Below, piece after piece: positions 22,222 to 30,662 of a stretch of DNA of 30,662 nt. Position 1 is the first letter of the stretch; every line of letters begins with the position of its first letter. The stretch covers positions 1-30,662 of the IMG/VR virus record IMGVR_UViG_3300042360_000190; one strand, 5' to 3'. The DNA comes from a virus (lineage: Duplodnaviria; Caudoviricetes). The translations under genes were made by a program, and so were the position numbers. The notes under the pieces are model-generated. The model made no database searches, had not been told where the DNA came from, and worked only from the letters and a program-made list of their open reading frames with translations.

Positions 22222-25200
22222 TTGCGTCCTCCCGAATGTCAGGCAGTCCGTCGCCATCCCATCTGTCCATCAATTCAAATGATTTACCAGTGTTCTTGGC
22301 GACCTGATACAGCGCGTTATACATTTCATTTCGCATATTGGCTATGCCGTCAGCGGTCTGTGCGCTGTTGCTTGCCATGCTGGTTTGGTTGCCATCAAAG
22401 ACCGACCCTGCGCCCGTGGTGGCAATTTCAGCACTGTTTGCTGCTTGCGCGCCAAGTGTTTCGGTAAGGCTTGCCGACAGCCACGCACGGATACGGGCCA
22501 CTTCAAGTGCAGACGTTGCCGAACCAAGTGTCGCTTCTTCAATCGAACGGCTAAGTTCTGGCAGCTTACCAAGTGCATCCAAATTGCCCGTTCGTGCCTG
22601 TGCGGTCAGTGTGGCAAATTGGGCCTTCAGCAATACCGACGATGATGATGCGTTAATGCCGCGCAGACGATTGATTTCGTCAACGACAGTTTGGCTGACG
22701 TTTGCCAGTGTTTCTGCGTATTTCTGCATTGCTTGTGCGGCATCTTCGGCAGCTTTTTCTTGTATCTTCGCGGCGTCTTCAGCAGCCTTGGCAGCGACGG
22801 CATCTGCTTCTGCCTTGGCTTGCGCGGCCCATATTTGCTGCTTCAGCCCAACAAGGGTGGCGTCAATGGTTTCAAGTTCCATCGCCCGACGCGCAGCAAG
22901 CGCCTCAACAGCAAAGCCCTGTGCGTCAAGCAATTCAATTTCGAGCGAACGGCGTTCTTTTGCGATAGCCAAGATTTGTTCAGCAGCCCGTGCCTGTTCT
23001 TCGGCAGCAGCCCGTGCAGCTTCAGCGGCGGCATCATTTGCAGCCTTGGCATCTTGGGCAGCGTAAATCTGCAACTGCAACCCACGCAAGCTTGCGTCGA
23101 TGGTTTCCACTTCAACAGCGCGACGGGCAGCGAGTGCTTCAACCGCGAAGCCTTGTGCTTCCAATAGGTCAATTTCCATAGAACGACGTTCACGGGAAAG
23201 GGCCAAGGTTTGTTCAGCCAGCCTTTCTTGTTCCGCTGCCATTGTTTTGGTAGCTTCTGCCGCTGCATTGCTTGCGTTTTTGGCATCTTCAGCCGCATAA
23301 ATCTGAAGTTGCAAGCCGCGCAATGTTTCATCAAGCGCCGCCAATTCCAATTCGCGCCGCGCAGCCAATGCTTCGGATGATTTGCCCAGTGCTTCAAGCA
23401 ACTGTATTTCAAGTTCGACCCTGTTTCTTTGCAAGTCAGCAGCAGCCTTTGCCACTTCCGCCGCAGCACTGGCGGCAGCGTTCATTGCATCGTTTGCAGC
23501 CTTAGCGTCTTCAGCAGCCCAAATTTGCTTCTGCAAGCCACGCAATGTTTCATCCATTGCTTCCAATTCAAGCTGACGCCTTGCGACCAGCGCGTCGGTT
23601 GCAAAGCCCTGCGCTTCAAGAAGGTCGATTTCAAGCATACGCCTATCTCTGGCTAATGCCAAAGCCGCTTCAGCCAATACAGCCGCTTCTTCAGCAGCCT
23701 TTTCCTGTGCGTCGGCCAATGCCTGTGTCGCCTTTGCAGCGTCTTGGGCGGTATACACTTGCTCTTGCAACCCACGAAGGTTTGCATCCATGCTTTCAAG
23801 TTCTAACGCACGTTGTGCAGCCAAAGCACCCGCAGCATCGCCCTGTGCTTCCATCAACTGAATTTCCAGTTCACGGCGCGGCCTGTTGGCTTCAAATATC
23901 GCCTTGGCTTGCTTGATGGCATACAGTTCTTCAAGCTTTGCATAATCAGCCGCAGACGCACCAGCTTCGCCAAAGATAACCTTCAGCTTTTCCATTTCGA
24001 CCGAAAGTTCATCAAGGCTTGATTGCAGCGGGTCGCTTTGGCTTTTCAGGTCTTTGAACACTTGGTCGAACTTCAGTGCCTTCTGCACTTGCTCATTCAA
24101 ATCGTTGCCAGCACGAATAAGTGTTTGCGCCCCTGCGCTGATACCTGTGACGATGCCTTGTTGGATTGCCAGTTGCGTAATGTATGCAACCGCAGCCGCT
24201 TCGTCTGTGCCAAAATTCTTAACGCCAGAACCCTTGGTGCGGCCAGCACCAGTCGGGTCAACAACGTAATCCTTTTTACGCATACCAAGGCTGACCTTGA
24301 CGTTGCCGCCCAATGTCCCACCAAGTTGTTCTGCGACGTTGCCCAAGCCTTTCAACAGGCCATTTGCCATATTATCGGCAATACCCTTTAGCTGTGCGCT
24401 ATTACCCGTCAAAGTGCGCTGCATAGCGCCGCCAGCAATCTGGGTAAGCGTAACACTACCCGTTTTGGTTTTGGTCAACAAACCACCAACAAGACCACCA
24501 AGCAAACCACCAGCGATTGAACCTAACGGCCCAGCAAGCGAACCAAGCGCCTTGCCGAATACCTTACCGCCAATGTCCTGCAATCCCTTGGTCAAAAATT
24601 GCTTTCCAAGTGCACCACCAACAGCGCCACCAACAGCGCCACCAGCGCCGCCGCCGACCATCTGACCAATTTTGGCATTTGCAAGAATGGTCGCAAGTGA
24701 ACCACCAAAGTCCTTAAAGGTGTCCTGCAAATCCTTGGGTAAATCGTCAAAAATTGCCTTCAGGTCTTTTTTCAAATCTGGGGCAACGATGTTTATTTCT
24801 TTGCCAAGGTTAGCCAAGAATGAACCCGCGCCGCCGAAAAGTTCGTCGGTCAGGTCAATCAGGCCAGCAATCGTTTCCTTTAGCTTTTCAGCTTCCTTTT
24901 GGCGCTTATCAAAAACGCTTTCGGCATTGATGATGTCGGTTTCGGCTTTCAAGTATTCTTGCCAAGCAGCGTTGACATCTTTGATGCCATCAGCCGCAGC
25001 CTTGGCCTTAAATGCTTCTTCCTGAAGTTCCAATGCGCGTCGCGCACGGGCTTCACCAGTTAGGCCAACCAATGCCAATTCATTCTGCAATGGCTTGATG
25101 ATGTTGTTTTGGAAGTCCTTGCCAGCTTGGTTGCGGGTCGCTTCTTCCCAAGCAGCGCCAGCGGCCAGAATTTTTAAGCCAAGCAGCGCAGTTGGTGCAG

Positions 25201-26752
25201 CGGCAGCAGCAGCGGCAATTTCCAGTTTCTTAATTTCAATGGCGGTCTTGCCAATGCGCGAAGTTTCCTTTTCGGTATTTTCAAGAAATTGCTTCGCTTG
25301 CTTTTCACGCTGTTCAAATAGCTTCTGTTCTTCCGATTTCTTTTCGGCAGCAGCCTTCTTCTGTTTGCGTTCCTCATCAAGACGCCCTTTGGCAACCTTG
25401 ATGCTGTTGGCTTCCCACTTGCTCATAAACGCGCCAGCGTCAGAATAGGCGTCGGTGTATGCCTTGCCGATTGCCTGACCAGCCTTTTGTGCAGCGCCAG
25501 CATTTTCATTTGCGATTTGGGCAAATTTTACGGGGCTTAAAAGCGGTTCGCCAGCAAGGTCATTGATAGCGGCAACGATATTGTTGACCAGAAAGCCGAC
25601 AGCACCAATCGCAGCATTGACCGCTTGAACAAATAGGTCGCTTAAAACAGCGGGGAAGGTGGCCCAAATTACTTTGACGGCATTGAACGTCCCAGCAAAA
25701 GCCGCATAGATGATTTTAGCGGATGTGACCGCAAACTTTCCAGCCTCATCAAGCCAGCCTTTTATCGTGTCAAAGACTGCGCCAAGATTTAAGCCTTCAT
25801 ACATCGTCATCCAAAGACCTTTGATGGTATCCATCGTGGTCACAGATGCGCCGCCAGCCTTTTCAATTTGTTCACTGGTCATGCCCATTGCCTTGGCATA
25901 GGCTTCGACTTCACCAGACTTATCAAATTGCCCAGAGATAAGCGTAAAGCCAGCGGCCAAAGTAGCGGCAGCAGCGACCACGCCAAGGATGATTGCCGTA
26001 ACTGGCGCAAACGCAACAGCAGTGGCAGCGCCAGCGGCAGTTGATGCGGCGGCAGCTTGCATTTCTGCGGCAGAAAGAACCTTGGCTGTGGCAGCGGCTT
26101 CAATTTGTGCGGCGGCAAGACGGGCTTGACCAGCGGCACGTCTTTCGGTTGCTGCCTGTGCTGCCAATGCAGTCGTTGCGTTTTCAGCTTGGGCAGCGGC
26201 AAGCGCCAATTCAGCTTGTGCAGCAATCACAGCTTCAGCGGCTTGGGTATTCAATGCACGGAAACGGGAAGCAGTTGCACCAGTGGAAGCTGCGGCAGCG
26301 TCAAGTTGCGCGTCAGATGTTGTTTTCAAAATTCCAATGGTGGTCAGCAACGCAGCACCAAATTGCTTGGTGGACATCCCTGACTGCATCATCACGCCAC
26401 TGATTTGGCTTCCCTGTTGCACAAACGCCACAAGCGGGTTTTGCCCCGACGCAATCTGCACACCCAAATCCTGAAACTGGTATGCAAGGTTCGTGATTTG
26501 ATGTCCTGCGAGTTGGCCAGTCTGACCAACAGCCCTCATTGCGTTTGCGGCTGCGGTTTGTGCTGCGGCTCCTTGCGCGATAACTGCGTTCATGCCGTTG
26601 ACGGCCACGGATGTCCGCGTAGCTGTTGCCCCAAAGCTGCGAACACTGCCTTCAGCGCCAGATGCAGCAGCACCCATTTTATTTAGGTCTTGCGATGCCG
26701 ACGCAACATCGCGGCTATCAACTGCAATCCGAAGGTTCGCTAAATCTGCCAC
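22208..26752 (-). CDS. Tape measure protein
   Basis: ~1514 aa, Ala-rich. Lambda-type TMP motif NLAYQFQDLGVQIASGQNP...QQGSQI, a Gly-rich hydrophobic segment, and five C-terminal repeats. Probable GTG start at 26752. Confidence 0.92.
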   Translation of the reverse strand: MADLANLRIAVDSRDVASASQDLNKMGAAASGAEGSVRSFGATATRTSVAVNGMNAVIAQGAAAQTAAANAMRAVGQTGQLAGHQITNLAYQFQDLGVQIASGQNPLVAFVQQGSQISGVMMQSGMSTKQFGAALLTTIGILKTTSDAQLDAAAASTGATASRFRALNTQAAEAVIAAQAELALAAAQAENATTALAAQAATERRAAGQARLAAAQIEAAATAKVLSAAEMQAAAASTAAGAATAVAFAPVTAIILGVVAAAATLAAGFTLISGQFDKSGEVEAYAKAMGMTSEQIEKAGGASVTTMDTIKGLWMTMYEGLNLGAVFDTIKGWLDEAGKFAVTSAKIIYAAFAGTFNAVKVIWATFPAVLSDLFVQAVNAAIGAVGFLVNNIVAAINDLAGEPLLSPVKFAQIANENAGAAQKAGQAIGKAYTDAYSDAGAFMSKWEANSIKVAKGRLDEERKQKKAAAEKKSEEQKLFEQREKQAKQFLENTEKETSRIGKTAIEIKKLEIAAAAAAAPTALLGLKILAAGAAWEEATRNQAGKDFQNNIIKPLQNELALVGLTGEARARRALELQEEAFKAKAAADGIKDVNAAWQEYLKAETDIINAESVFDKRQKEAEKLKETIAGLIDLTDELFGGAGSFLANLGKEINIVAPDLKKDLKAIFDDLPKDLQDTFKDFGGSLATILANAKIGQMVGGGAGGAVGGAVGGALGKQFLTKGLQDIGGKVFGKALGSLAGPLGSIAGGLLGGLVGGLLTKTKTGSVTLTQIAGGAMQRTLTGNSAQLKGIADNMANGLLKGLGNVAEQLGGTLGGNVKVSLGMRKKDYVVDPTGAGRTKGSGVKNFGTDEAAAVAYITQLAIQQGIVTGISAGAQTLIRAGNDLNEQVQKALKFDQVFKDLKSQSDPLQSSLDELSVEMEKLKVIFGEAGASAADYAKLEELYAIKQAKAIFEANRPRRELEIQLMEAQGDAAGALAAQRALELESMDANLRGLQEQVYTAQDAAKATQALADAQEKAAEEAAVLAEAALALARDRRMLEIDLLEAQGFATDALVARRQLELEAMDETLRGLQKQIWAAEDAKAANDAMNAAASAAAEVAKAAADLQRNRVELEIQLLEALGKSSEALAARRELELAALDETLRGLQLQIYAAEDAKNASNAAAEATKTMAAEQERLAEQTLALSRERRSMEIDLLEAQGFAVEALAARRAVEVETIDASLRGLQLQIYAAQDAKAANDAAAEAARAAAEEQARAAEQILAIAKERRSLEIELLDAQGFAVEALAARRAMELETIDATLVGLKQQIWAAQAKAEADAVAAKAAEDAAKIQEKAAEDAAQAMQKYAETLANVSQTVVDEINRLRGINASSSSVLLKAQFATLTAQARTGNLDALGKLPELSRSIEEATLGSATSALEVARIRAWLSASLTETLGAQAANSAEIATTGAGSVFDGNQTSMASNSAQTADGIANMRNEMYNALYQVAKNTGKSFELMDRWDGDGLPDIREDASDYY

Positions 26753-26809
26753 GCGCAATATCCTGTTAGGCCCAGAGCGTTATCGCTTAATATGGGCCAT
26801 AGCACAAGA

Positions 26810-27247
26810 TTATCGTCGTGTCTTGGTGTTGATTAGATTTGCCCAATCAGACATCGCATTTGATATTTTTTCGCGCCGTTCAAAGGTCATGATTGCTGGG
26901 TCAACCCACGGTGGTGGCGTGTTTGGTTCAACAGCTTCTGATAGCATCGCAGCATATTCACGGGATAATTGCCTGACAGTTTTGGCTTCCCAAGGTGTCA
27001 AAGTTACGCCTTGATTTGACATCCACGCAGCCAAATCAACTTCATCTATCGCTGCGCTGCCACCCATGCCAACAGGCTTGGCGGGGCCAACCTCGAAAAG
27101 AATTTCGATAAGGTAAGCCCCACCAAGCACGGGTGGCATTACGTCTGACTTGGTTTCCCGCCGTGGGCGCTTTGCCTTCGTCGGGATTGTGTTAAGCCAA
27201 GCCGCTTGTTTTACAAATAAGGTGAGTTGCTCAATCGTTTGCGCGAA
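26810..27247 (-). CDS. Tail assembly chaperone extension (lambda gpT equivalent), probably reached by frameshift
   Basis: Open frame that overlaps the end of the chaperone in the +1 frame. Has no good start of its own and lies just before the TMP gene. Confidence 0.7.
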   Translation of the reverse strand, partial: FAQTIEQLTLFVKQAAWLNTIPTKAKRPRRETKSDVMPPVLGGAYLIEILFEVGPAKPVGMGGSAAIDEVDLAAWMSNQGVTLTPWEAKTVRQLSREYAAMLSEAVEPNTPPPWVDPAIMTFERREKISNAMSDWANLINTKTRR

Positions 27248-27635
27248 AGAAGTTTGCGCGGTCAGCGACAAACTCCGACACCTGTTCCTTAATCCACGAC
27301 CATTCGTTGTAAACGGTGCGGACGTTTTCAGGTGTGCAATCCAGCTTTACGCCATCAAGCGTGAAGCCTTCCCAAGCAACAGTCAGCTTCACAAGGTCAT
27401 CAATGCTGTCTTCAGCCAGCTTTTCAGCGTCAAAATCGACAGCCTTCTTGCCCTTGGAAATGCGGTTCAATGCCGCTTGCTGCTTTGCAAGTTGGATTTT
27501 GCGATAAACTTTGCTGTCCTGTCCCAGCAGGGTAATCGTCATACCCTCAATGATTTCTTCGCTTTCAGGGTGCGCGATATTAAGAACAGCGCCATCATCA
27601 GCTTTAACAGGTTTCAATGAATTTAGGTCAAACAT
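27231..27635 (-). CDS. Tail assembly chaperone (lambda gpG equivalent)
   Basis: MFDLNSLK...G..L...HP...ITLLG.DS...WI.EQV..F..DRANF; between the tail tube and TMP genes. Confidence 0.8.
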   Translation of the reverse strand: MFDLNSLKPVKADDGAVLNIAHPESEEIIEGMTITLLGQDSKVYRKIQLAKQQAALNRISKGKKAVDFDAEKLAEDSIDDLVKLTVAWEGFTLDGVKLDCTPENVRTVYNEWSWIKEQVSEFVADRANFFRAND

Positions 27636-27644
27636 ATTTAGTTC

Positions 27645-27708
27645 CATCCGAATGCACCGATGTTGAAAGTCTCCCCCGCCGTGGTCGGATGCAGCCACGA
27701 CGGGGAAG
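27645..27708 (-). promoter_or_regulatory. Stem-loop whose loop is complementary to the downstream RBS region
   Basis: Stem CUUCCCCGUCGUGG / CCACGGCGGGGGAG, loop CUGCAUCCGA; UCGGAUG at 27651-27645. Confidence 0.5.
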
Positions 27709-27720
27709 TTTGTTGGCTAA

Positions 27721-28179
27721 TTACGAAGAAACCTTAACAACCGAATTGTCGATTTCAAGTGTCACTTCAGCCATTGTGATTGCGTCAGCATTGCCGACAT
27801 TGGTTTTGAACGACATAACTTGTGCAGTGAAATACTGAATGTCGCCATTAACCAGAGCAACTTTGACCGAAACAAGTGCGCTTGCGCCAGCAGCGGCGCT
27901 GCCCTTGGTTTGCAAAATGGTTTGACCAGCATCTGTTTCAGACAGTGCCATCGTCAAAGTAACCGAACCATAGTTCAGCGAACCACGACGCTTGGCAACA
28001 ATGCCAGTCTTCAAAGGCGTGTGTGTTGCAAGTGCAGCTTCAGCACCGAAAGCTGGCAAGTCGGCCAGTTCACCGCAAGCCGACCATGTTAGGGCAGCAA
28101 AGCCAGTGGCGTCATAAGTGGCGGGGGCAGTAGCGGACACCGAAACGATAGTGCCAACAGAGGAAACAACGTCAGACAT
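27721..28179 (-). CDS. Major tail tube protein
   Basis: SVGT.VSVSA.APATYD..GF.AL.W...GE....P.FG......H.PL..G...K..GS.NYG; GGAG RBS. Confidence 0.88.
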   Translation of the reverse strand: MSDVVSSVGTIVSVSATAPATYDATGFAALTWSACGELADLPAFGAEAALATHTPLKTGIVAKRRGSLNYGSVTLTMALSETDAGQTILQTKGSAAAGASALVSVKVALVNGDIQYFTAQVMSFKTNVGNADAITMAEVTLEIDNSVVKVSS

Positions 28180-28236
28180 AATTTAATCTCCATGCATGGG
28201 ATTTAACATTTAACACAAAAAAGCAGTCAAGTCACC

Positions 28237-28650
28237 CTAACGCACTTTGCGTTCTGCGCGGTTGATTGCCAGCCGCACCATACCACTTGGCGCTTGCTTT
28301 GACCATTGGTCAAATTCAAGGCGGTAAATGTATGGAAGATTGTTGCTAATCCAGAAAATATTGCGCGGCGCACTCGCTACGGCTGCGCTTCCAGCGGCGA
28401 TAGCACGGGCAGATGCGGCGCTTTCCTTTGGCGCTGTAATGCCACTTCCAGTGTCAGCATCAAATTGCACTTCACCAATTGCGGGTGAACCTATGCTGCA
28501 CTGCCAATTGGCTCTTGCCCTGCCGCTATCAACGGGCGTGTTCAAAACAATGTCAGACAACAGGTCTAAACAGATTTTGCTGATAACGGCGTCAGCGTCC
28601 TTTTCAGCCTTTTCCGCAAATTTCTTTACGTCCAAAGTAAAGCTGGTCAT
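28237..28650 (-). CDS. Tail completion protein (HK97 gp10-like)
   Basis: TPVDSGRARANWQ.S...SNNLPY..RLE...WSKQAP.GMVR. Confidence 0.85.
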   Translation of the reverse strand: MTSFTLDVKKFAEKAEKDADAVISKICLDLLSDIVLNTPVDSGRARANWQCSIGSPAIGEVQFDADTGSGITAPKESAASARAIAAGSAAVASAPRNIFWISNNLPYIYRLEFDQWSKQAPSGMVRLAINRAERKVR

Positions 28651-29042
28651 GCAAATGCCCGATACGTCACACTGACAGGGATGACAAAGCGGTTGCCAGA
28701 TATAAACGCTGGGTTCTGTGTCGTGCGCTGTATGGTGACGGTAATGCCGCCATAAACAAGTCTGTCGCCGCGCTGGAATGCAGCGGCAACGGTGTCAGCG
28801 GTTGCACGGGCTTGGCCTTTGTTGGCATCCAAAGGGGCATAAACAAGCACCTGATAAACGCCGCCAAATTCGTCCGATGCTGCACTTGAAACACCGACTG
28901 GGTTAGTGTCGCCGCTCAACAGGATTTCGCTTAAATATATCTGCCCATTGGTGGGCGTGAACTTGGCATTTTCCCAATGCGTTGGAAGTCCAAGCGTATT
29001 AAGTTTGGTCGCAAGCGCCGCACTGATTTTGCTGTTAATCAT
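28647..29042 (-). CDS. Tail terminator protein (DUF4128-like)
   Basis: WEN..FTP...YL...G.YQV.V..P...G.......AD.VA..F.RG...PVSV.YR. Start reassigned to MINSK. Confidence 0.8.
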   Translation of the reverse strand: MINSKISAALATKLNTLGLPTHWENAKFTPTNGQIYLSEILLSGDTNPVGVSSAASDEFGGVYQVLVYAPLDANKGQARATADTVAAAFQRGDRLVYGGITVTIQRTTQNPAFISGNRFVIPVSVTYRAFA

Positions 29043-29202
29043 CCAAAGGCTCCACAATCTGCATATCTACAGCCACCTTTTTACCATCATCCAGCTTAAT
29101 TATATAGGCAATAACGTGGTTGTGCGTATCGTGCAGCACACTGTCCAAAATGCCAGAGTTCCATTGCGATGGGAAGAAAACCCTCTGGCCTATCGGTAAC
29201 AT
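29035..29202 (-). CDS. 55-aa hypothetical protein (SH3-like beta pattern)
   Basis: MLPIGQRV...G.....YIIKLDDG; TGATG coupling to the upstream gene. Confidence 0.55.
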   Translation of the reverse strand: MLPIGQRVFFPSQWNSGILDSVLHDTHNHVIAYIIKLDDGKKVAVDMQIVEPLDD

Positions 29203-29555
29203 CAGTTTGACCTTAGCTGGCATATATAAATCACATCCTCACCAGTAAGACGGATTGGTTGCACATCCATGATGCGGTAAGTTGTGCCGTCAATGGTTGA
29301 TAAACAGCCCACAGCGGGGCGTGTGGCGATAAGTTCAAGGATTAGGCGCACATCACCCGCTTGGATGACATCACCGTCAATATCGCGCTTGTGGTAAGCG
29401 GCGGGATAACCCTTGCCCGTTATTGTCGTGCTGGTGTTCGTGCCAATGACTGCGCCAGTAATGGGGTCTGTCGCGCCGTAAACAGGAAAGATGATGGACA
29501 CCGCTTCGCCATATTTAGCAAGCAGCCTTGATGCTGTTTGCGCTTGGCTACTCAT
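29202..29555 (-). CDS. Head-closure / head-tail joining protein
   Basis: TASRLLAKYG...DP.TG...Y....IDG..IQAGD......Q.R. Confidence 0.8.
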   Translation of the reverse strand: MSSQAQTASRLLAKYGEAVSIIFPVYGATDPITGAVIGTNTSTTITGKGYPAAYHKRDIDGDVIQAGDVRLILELIATRPAVGCLSTIDGTTYRIMDVQPIRLTGEDVIYICQLRSN

Positions 29556-30064
29556 GTGCGGACAACCCGCGTTACGCTAAACCCGCTTTCCGATGACGAC
29601 AAAAGGTAAGGCGTCAACATCCGGTTGACCAAAGGATAGCGTTGCGTTGGGTCGGAATAATCTTGGTATTCAATCTCAATTACATCAATCTTTTCGCGCT
29701 TCACCTTTTGGCCTTGGTCGGCAATCAGCGTATCGCCAGCCGAAGCCCGTAGCGCCATTTCGACGCAAGCGTTTATGACCTGTGGCGGCACAACATTGCT
29801 GGCGTAATTAAAGCCATCCACGACCACGTTATAGCGGGGCCATGACAATGATTGCGTTTCATTGACGCGATTGCCCTTCCAAGCATCGCGGTATGTGGCT
29901 TCCAGATAGTCGGTTGCCTTAACCAGCGATTGTTCTTTGATTGTTTGCGACAGGCTTGCCCAGCCCGTTATGCCACGGTCAGCAACATAGCCATCCGCAG
30001 CCGAAACGCTGGCATAGCTGTTAGCGTTAGAAAGCCCTGCACCTGTTTCGACCACGAATGCCAT
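29552..30064 (-). CDS. Head-tail adaptor (DnaT-like phage family)
   Basis: VETG.GL..ANSY.SV..AD.Y...RG...ATDYL...W.G......Q.L.WPR...KREK.DVIE.EY. Confidence 0.85.
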   Translation of the reverse strand: MAFVVETGAGLSNANSYASVSAADGYVADRGITGWASLSQTIKEQSLVKATDYLEATYRDAWKGNRVNETQSLSWPRYNVVVDGFNYASNVVPPQVINACVEMALRASAGDTLIADQGQKVKREKIDVIEIEYQDYSDPTQRYPLVNRMLTPYLLSSSESGFSVTRVVRT

Positions 30065-30067
30065 TTG

Positions 30068-30382
30068 TTACTCCTTGCGGCTTTTGCCAGTTTTCGTCGC
30101 TGGTTCTGCTTCTTCGACAACTGGGGCTTCTTCGACCACAGGTGCTTCTTCAACAGTTTCCTCAACGGCTGGTGTTTCTTCTACTGGCGCTTCTACCACT
30201 TCCAATACCTCTGGGGCAATGACGGCTTCAGCTTCAATAGCAATTTCTTCTACATCCAGTTTTTCGTGCAAAGGTGTGCCAGCGGGGGCAAAAATAGCAT
30301 CAATGATTTTGTAACCCTGCTCTTGCAATTTAGCTTTACGCGCTGGGTTCATTGGATGCGGTTCGTAAATGATTTTAGCCAT
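30068..30382 (-). CDS. Capsid-adjacent small protein with acidic EEAPVV repeats
   Basis: MAKIIYEPHPM.P.RKA.L..QGYKIIDA.FAP; GGAGG RBS. Confidence 0.75.
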   Translation of the reverse strand: MAKIIYEPHPMNPARKAKLQEQGYKIIDAIFAPAGTPLHEKLDVEEIAIEAEAVIAPEVLEVVEAPVEETPAVEETVEEAPVVEEAPVVEEAEPATKTGKSRKE

Positions 30383-30392
30383 AAAATCCTCC

Positions 30393-30432
30393 AAAAAGGT
30401 TGGGGGCCGCCCTTCCAACCGACGGCCCCCAC
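30393..30432 (-). terminator. Hairpin/terminator after the major capsid gene
   Basis: UGGGGGCCGUC...GGCGGCCCCCA, then ACC-UUUUU. Confidence 0.6.
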
Positions 30433-30443
30433 TCTGTGCTTAA

Positions 30444-30662
30444 TTAAGCAGCAGAACCAATCGCCATAACACCAGCGGTGTGCTTGATGGACGTTGCAAC
30501 CTTGTCCCAGTTGGAACCAGTTGCAAGTTCAGCATCCGTTGGCGACTTGCCGCCGTTGGTTACGTCCCAAGTGTAGCCCTTCAAAGCCACGCCAAAGGTG
30601 TAATCGACCTGCATCGTGGTTTCGATACGGGTCTGACCGTTGTTGGTTTCGATGTTGCTGAT
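30444..30662 (-). CDS. Major capsid protein, C-terminal 72 aa (partial)
   Basis: My translation is ISNIETNNGQTRIETTMQVDYTFGVALKGYTWDVTNGGKSPTDAELATGSNWDKVATSIKHTAGVMAIGSAA*. The KGY.WD...SPTDA.L.T..NW...K.TAGV motif and the position support the call. Confidence 0.85.
   Translation of the reverse strand: MSNIETNNGQTRIETTMQVDYTFGVALKGYTWDVTNGGKSPTDAELATGSNWDKVATSIKHTAGVMAIGSAA

Noticed and set aside
22338-23916. Several long plus-strand and alternative-frame ORFs
   Set aside because: They are shadows of the Ala-rich repetitive tape measure gene and lack recognisable motifs.
26769-26798. GGCCCA...TGGGCC inverted repeat before the TMP gene as a terminator
   Set aside because: The stem is short and interrupted, with no U-tract on the coding strand. 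Function cannot be assigned.
28195-28232. CtrA box or late promoter upstream of the tail tube gene (TTTAACA-TTTAACA, TTGACT)
   Set aside because: The spacing does not fit TTAA-N7-TTAA and the -35/-10 spacing is ambiguous. Not supportable without data.
1-30662. tRNA/rRNA genes, integrase/att site, IS elements
   Set aside because: I recognised no cloverleaf, recombinase or transposase motifs, and intergenic gaps are short and otherwise explained. A few kb of the genome probably lie outside the window.

Overview
The window is most of a tailed-phage (siphovirus-like) genome. It appears circularly permuted: it starts just downstream of the portal gene and ends inside the major capsid gene. A GapR/DUF2312 homologue and the promoter style point to an alphaproteobacterial host. 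The minus strand carries packaging genes (portal, TerL, TerS) with a coupled ParB-N + TET/JBP dioxygenase pair upstream, a replication arm (Cro-like HTH, DUF1064, DUF1376 initiator, loader-like protein, MazG-like protein) and the late tail/lysis operon. The plus strand carries a recombination arm (ERF, YqaJ exonuclease, DUF968, NinB, GapR, SSB). I see no integrase, CI repressor, DNA methylase, tRNA, CRISPR array or canonical o-spanin. Highlights: (1) a four-gene exported/membrane module inside the lysis cassette; (2) the orphan TET/JBP-ParB-terminase unit; (3) apparent total absence of GATC, GTAC and GANTC; (4) a repeated promoter-hairpin-RBS leader; (5) a probable antisense RNA plus leader peptide upstream of the initiator; (6) a +1 frameshift site and an RBS-pairing pseudoknot at the tail chaperone gene. 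All calls come from reading motifs by eye; no searches were run.
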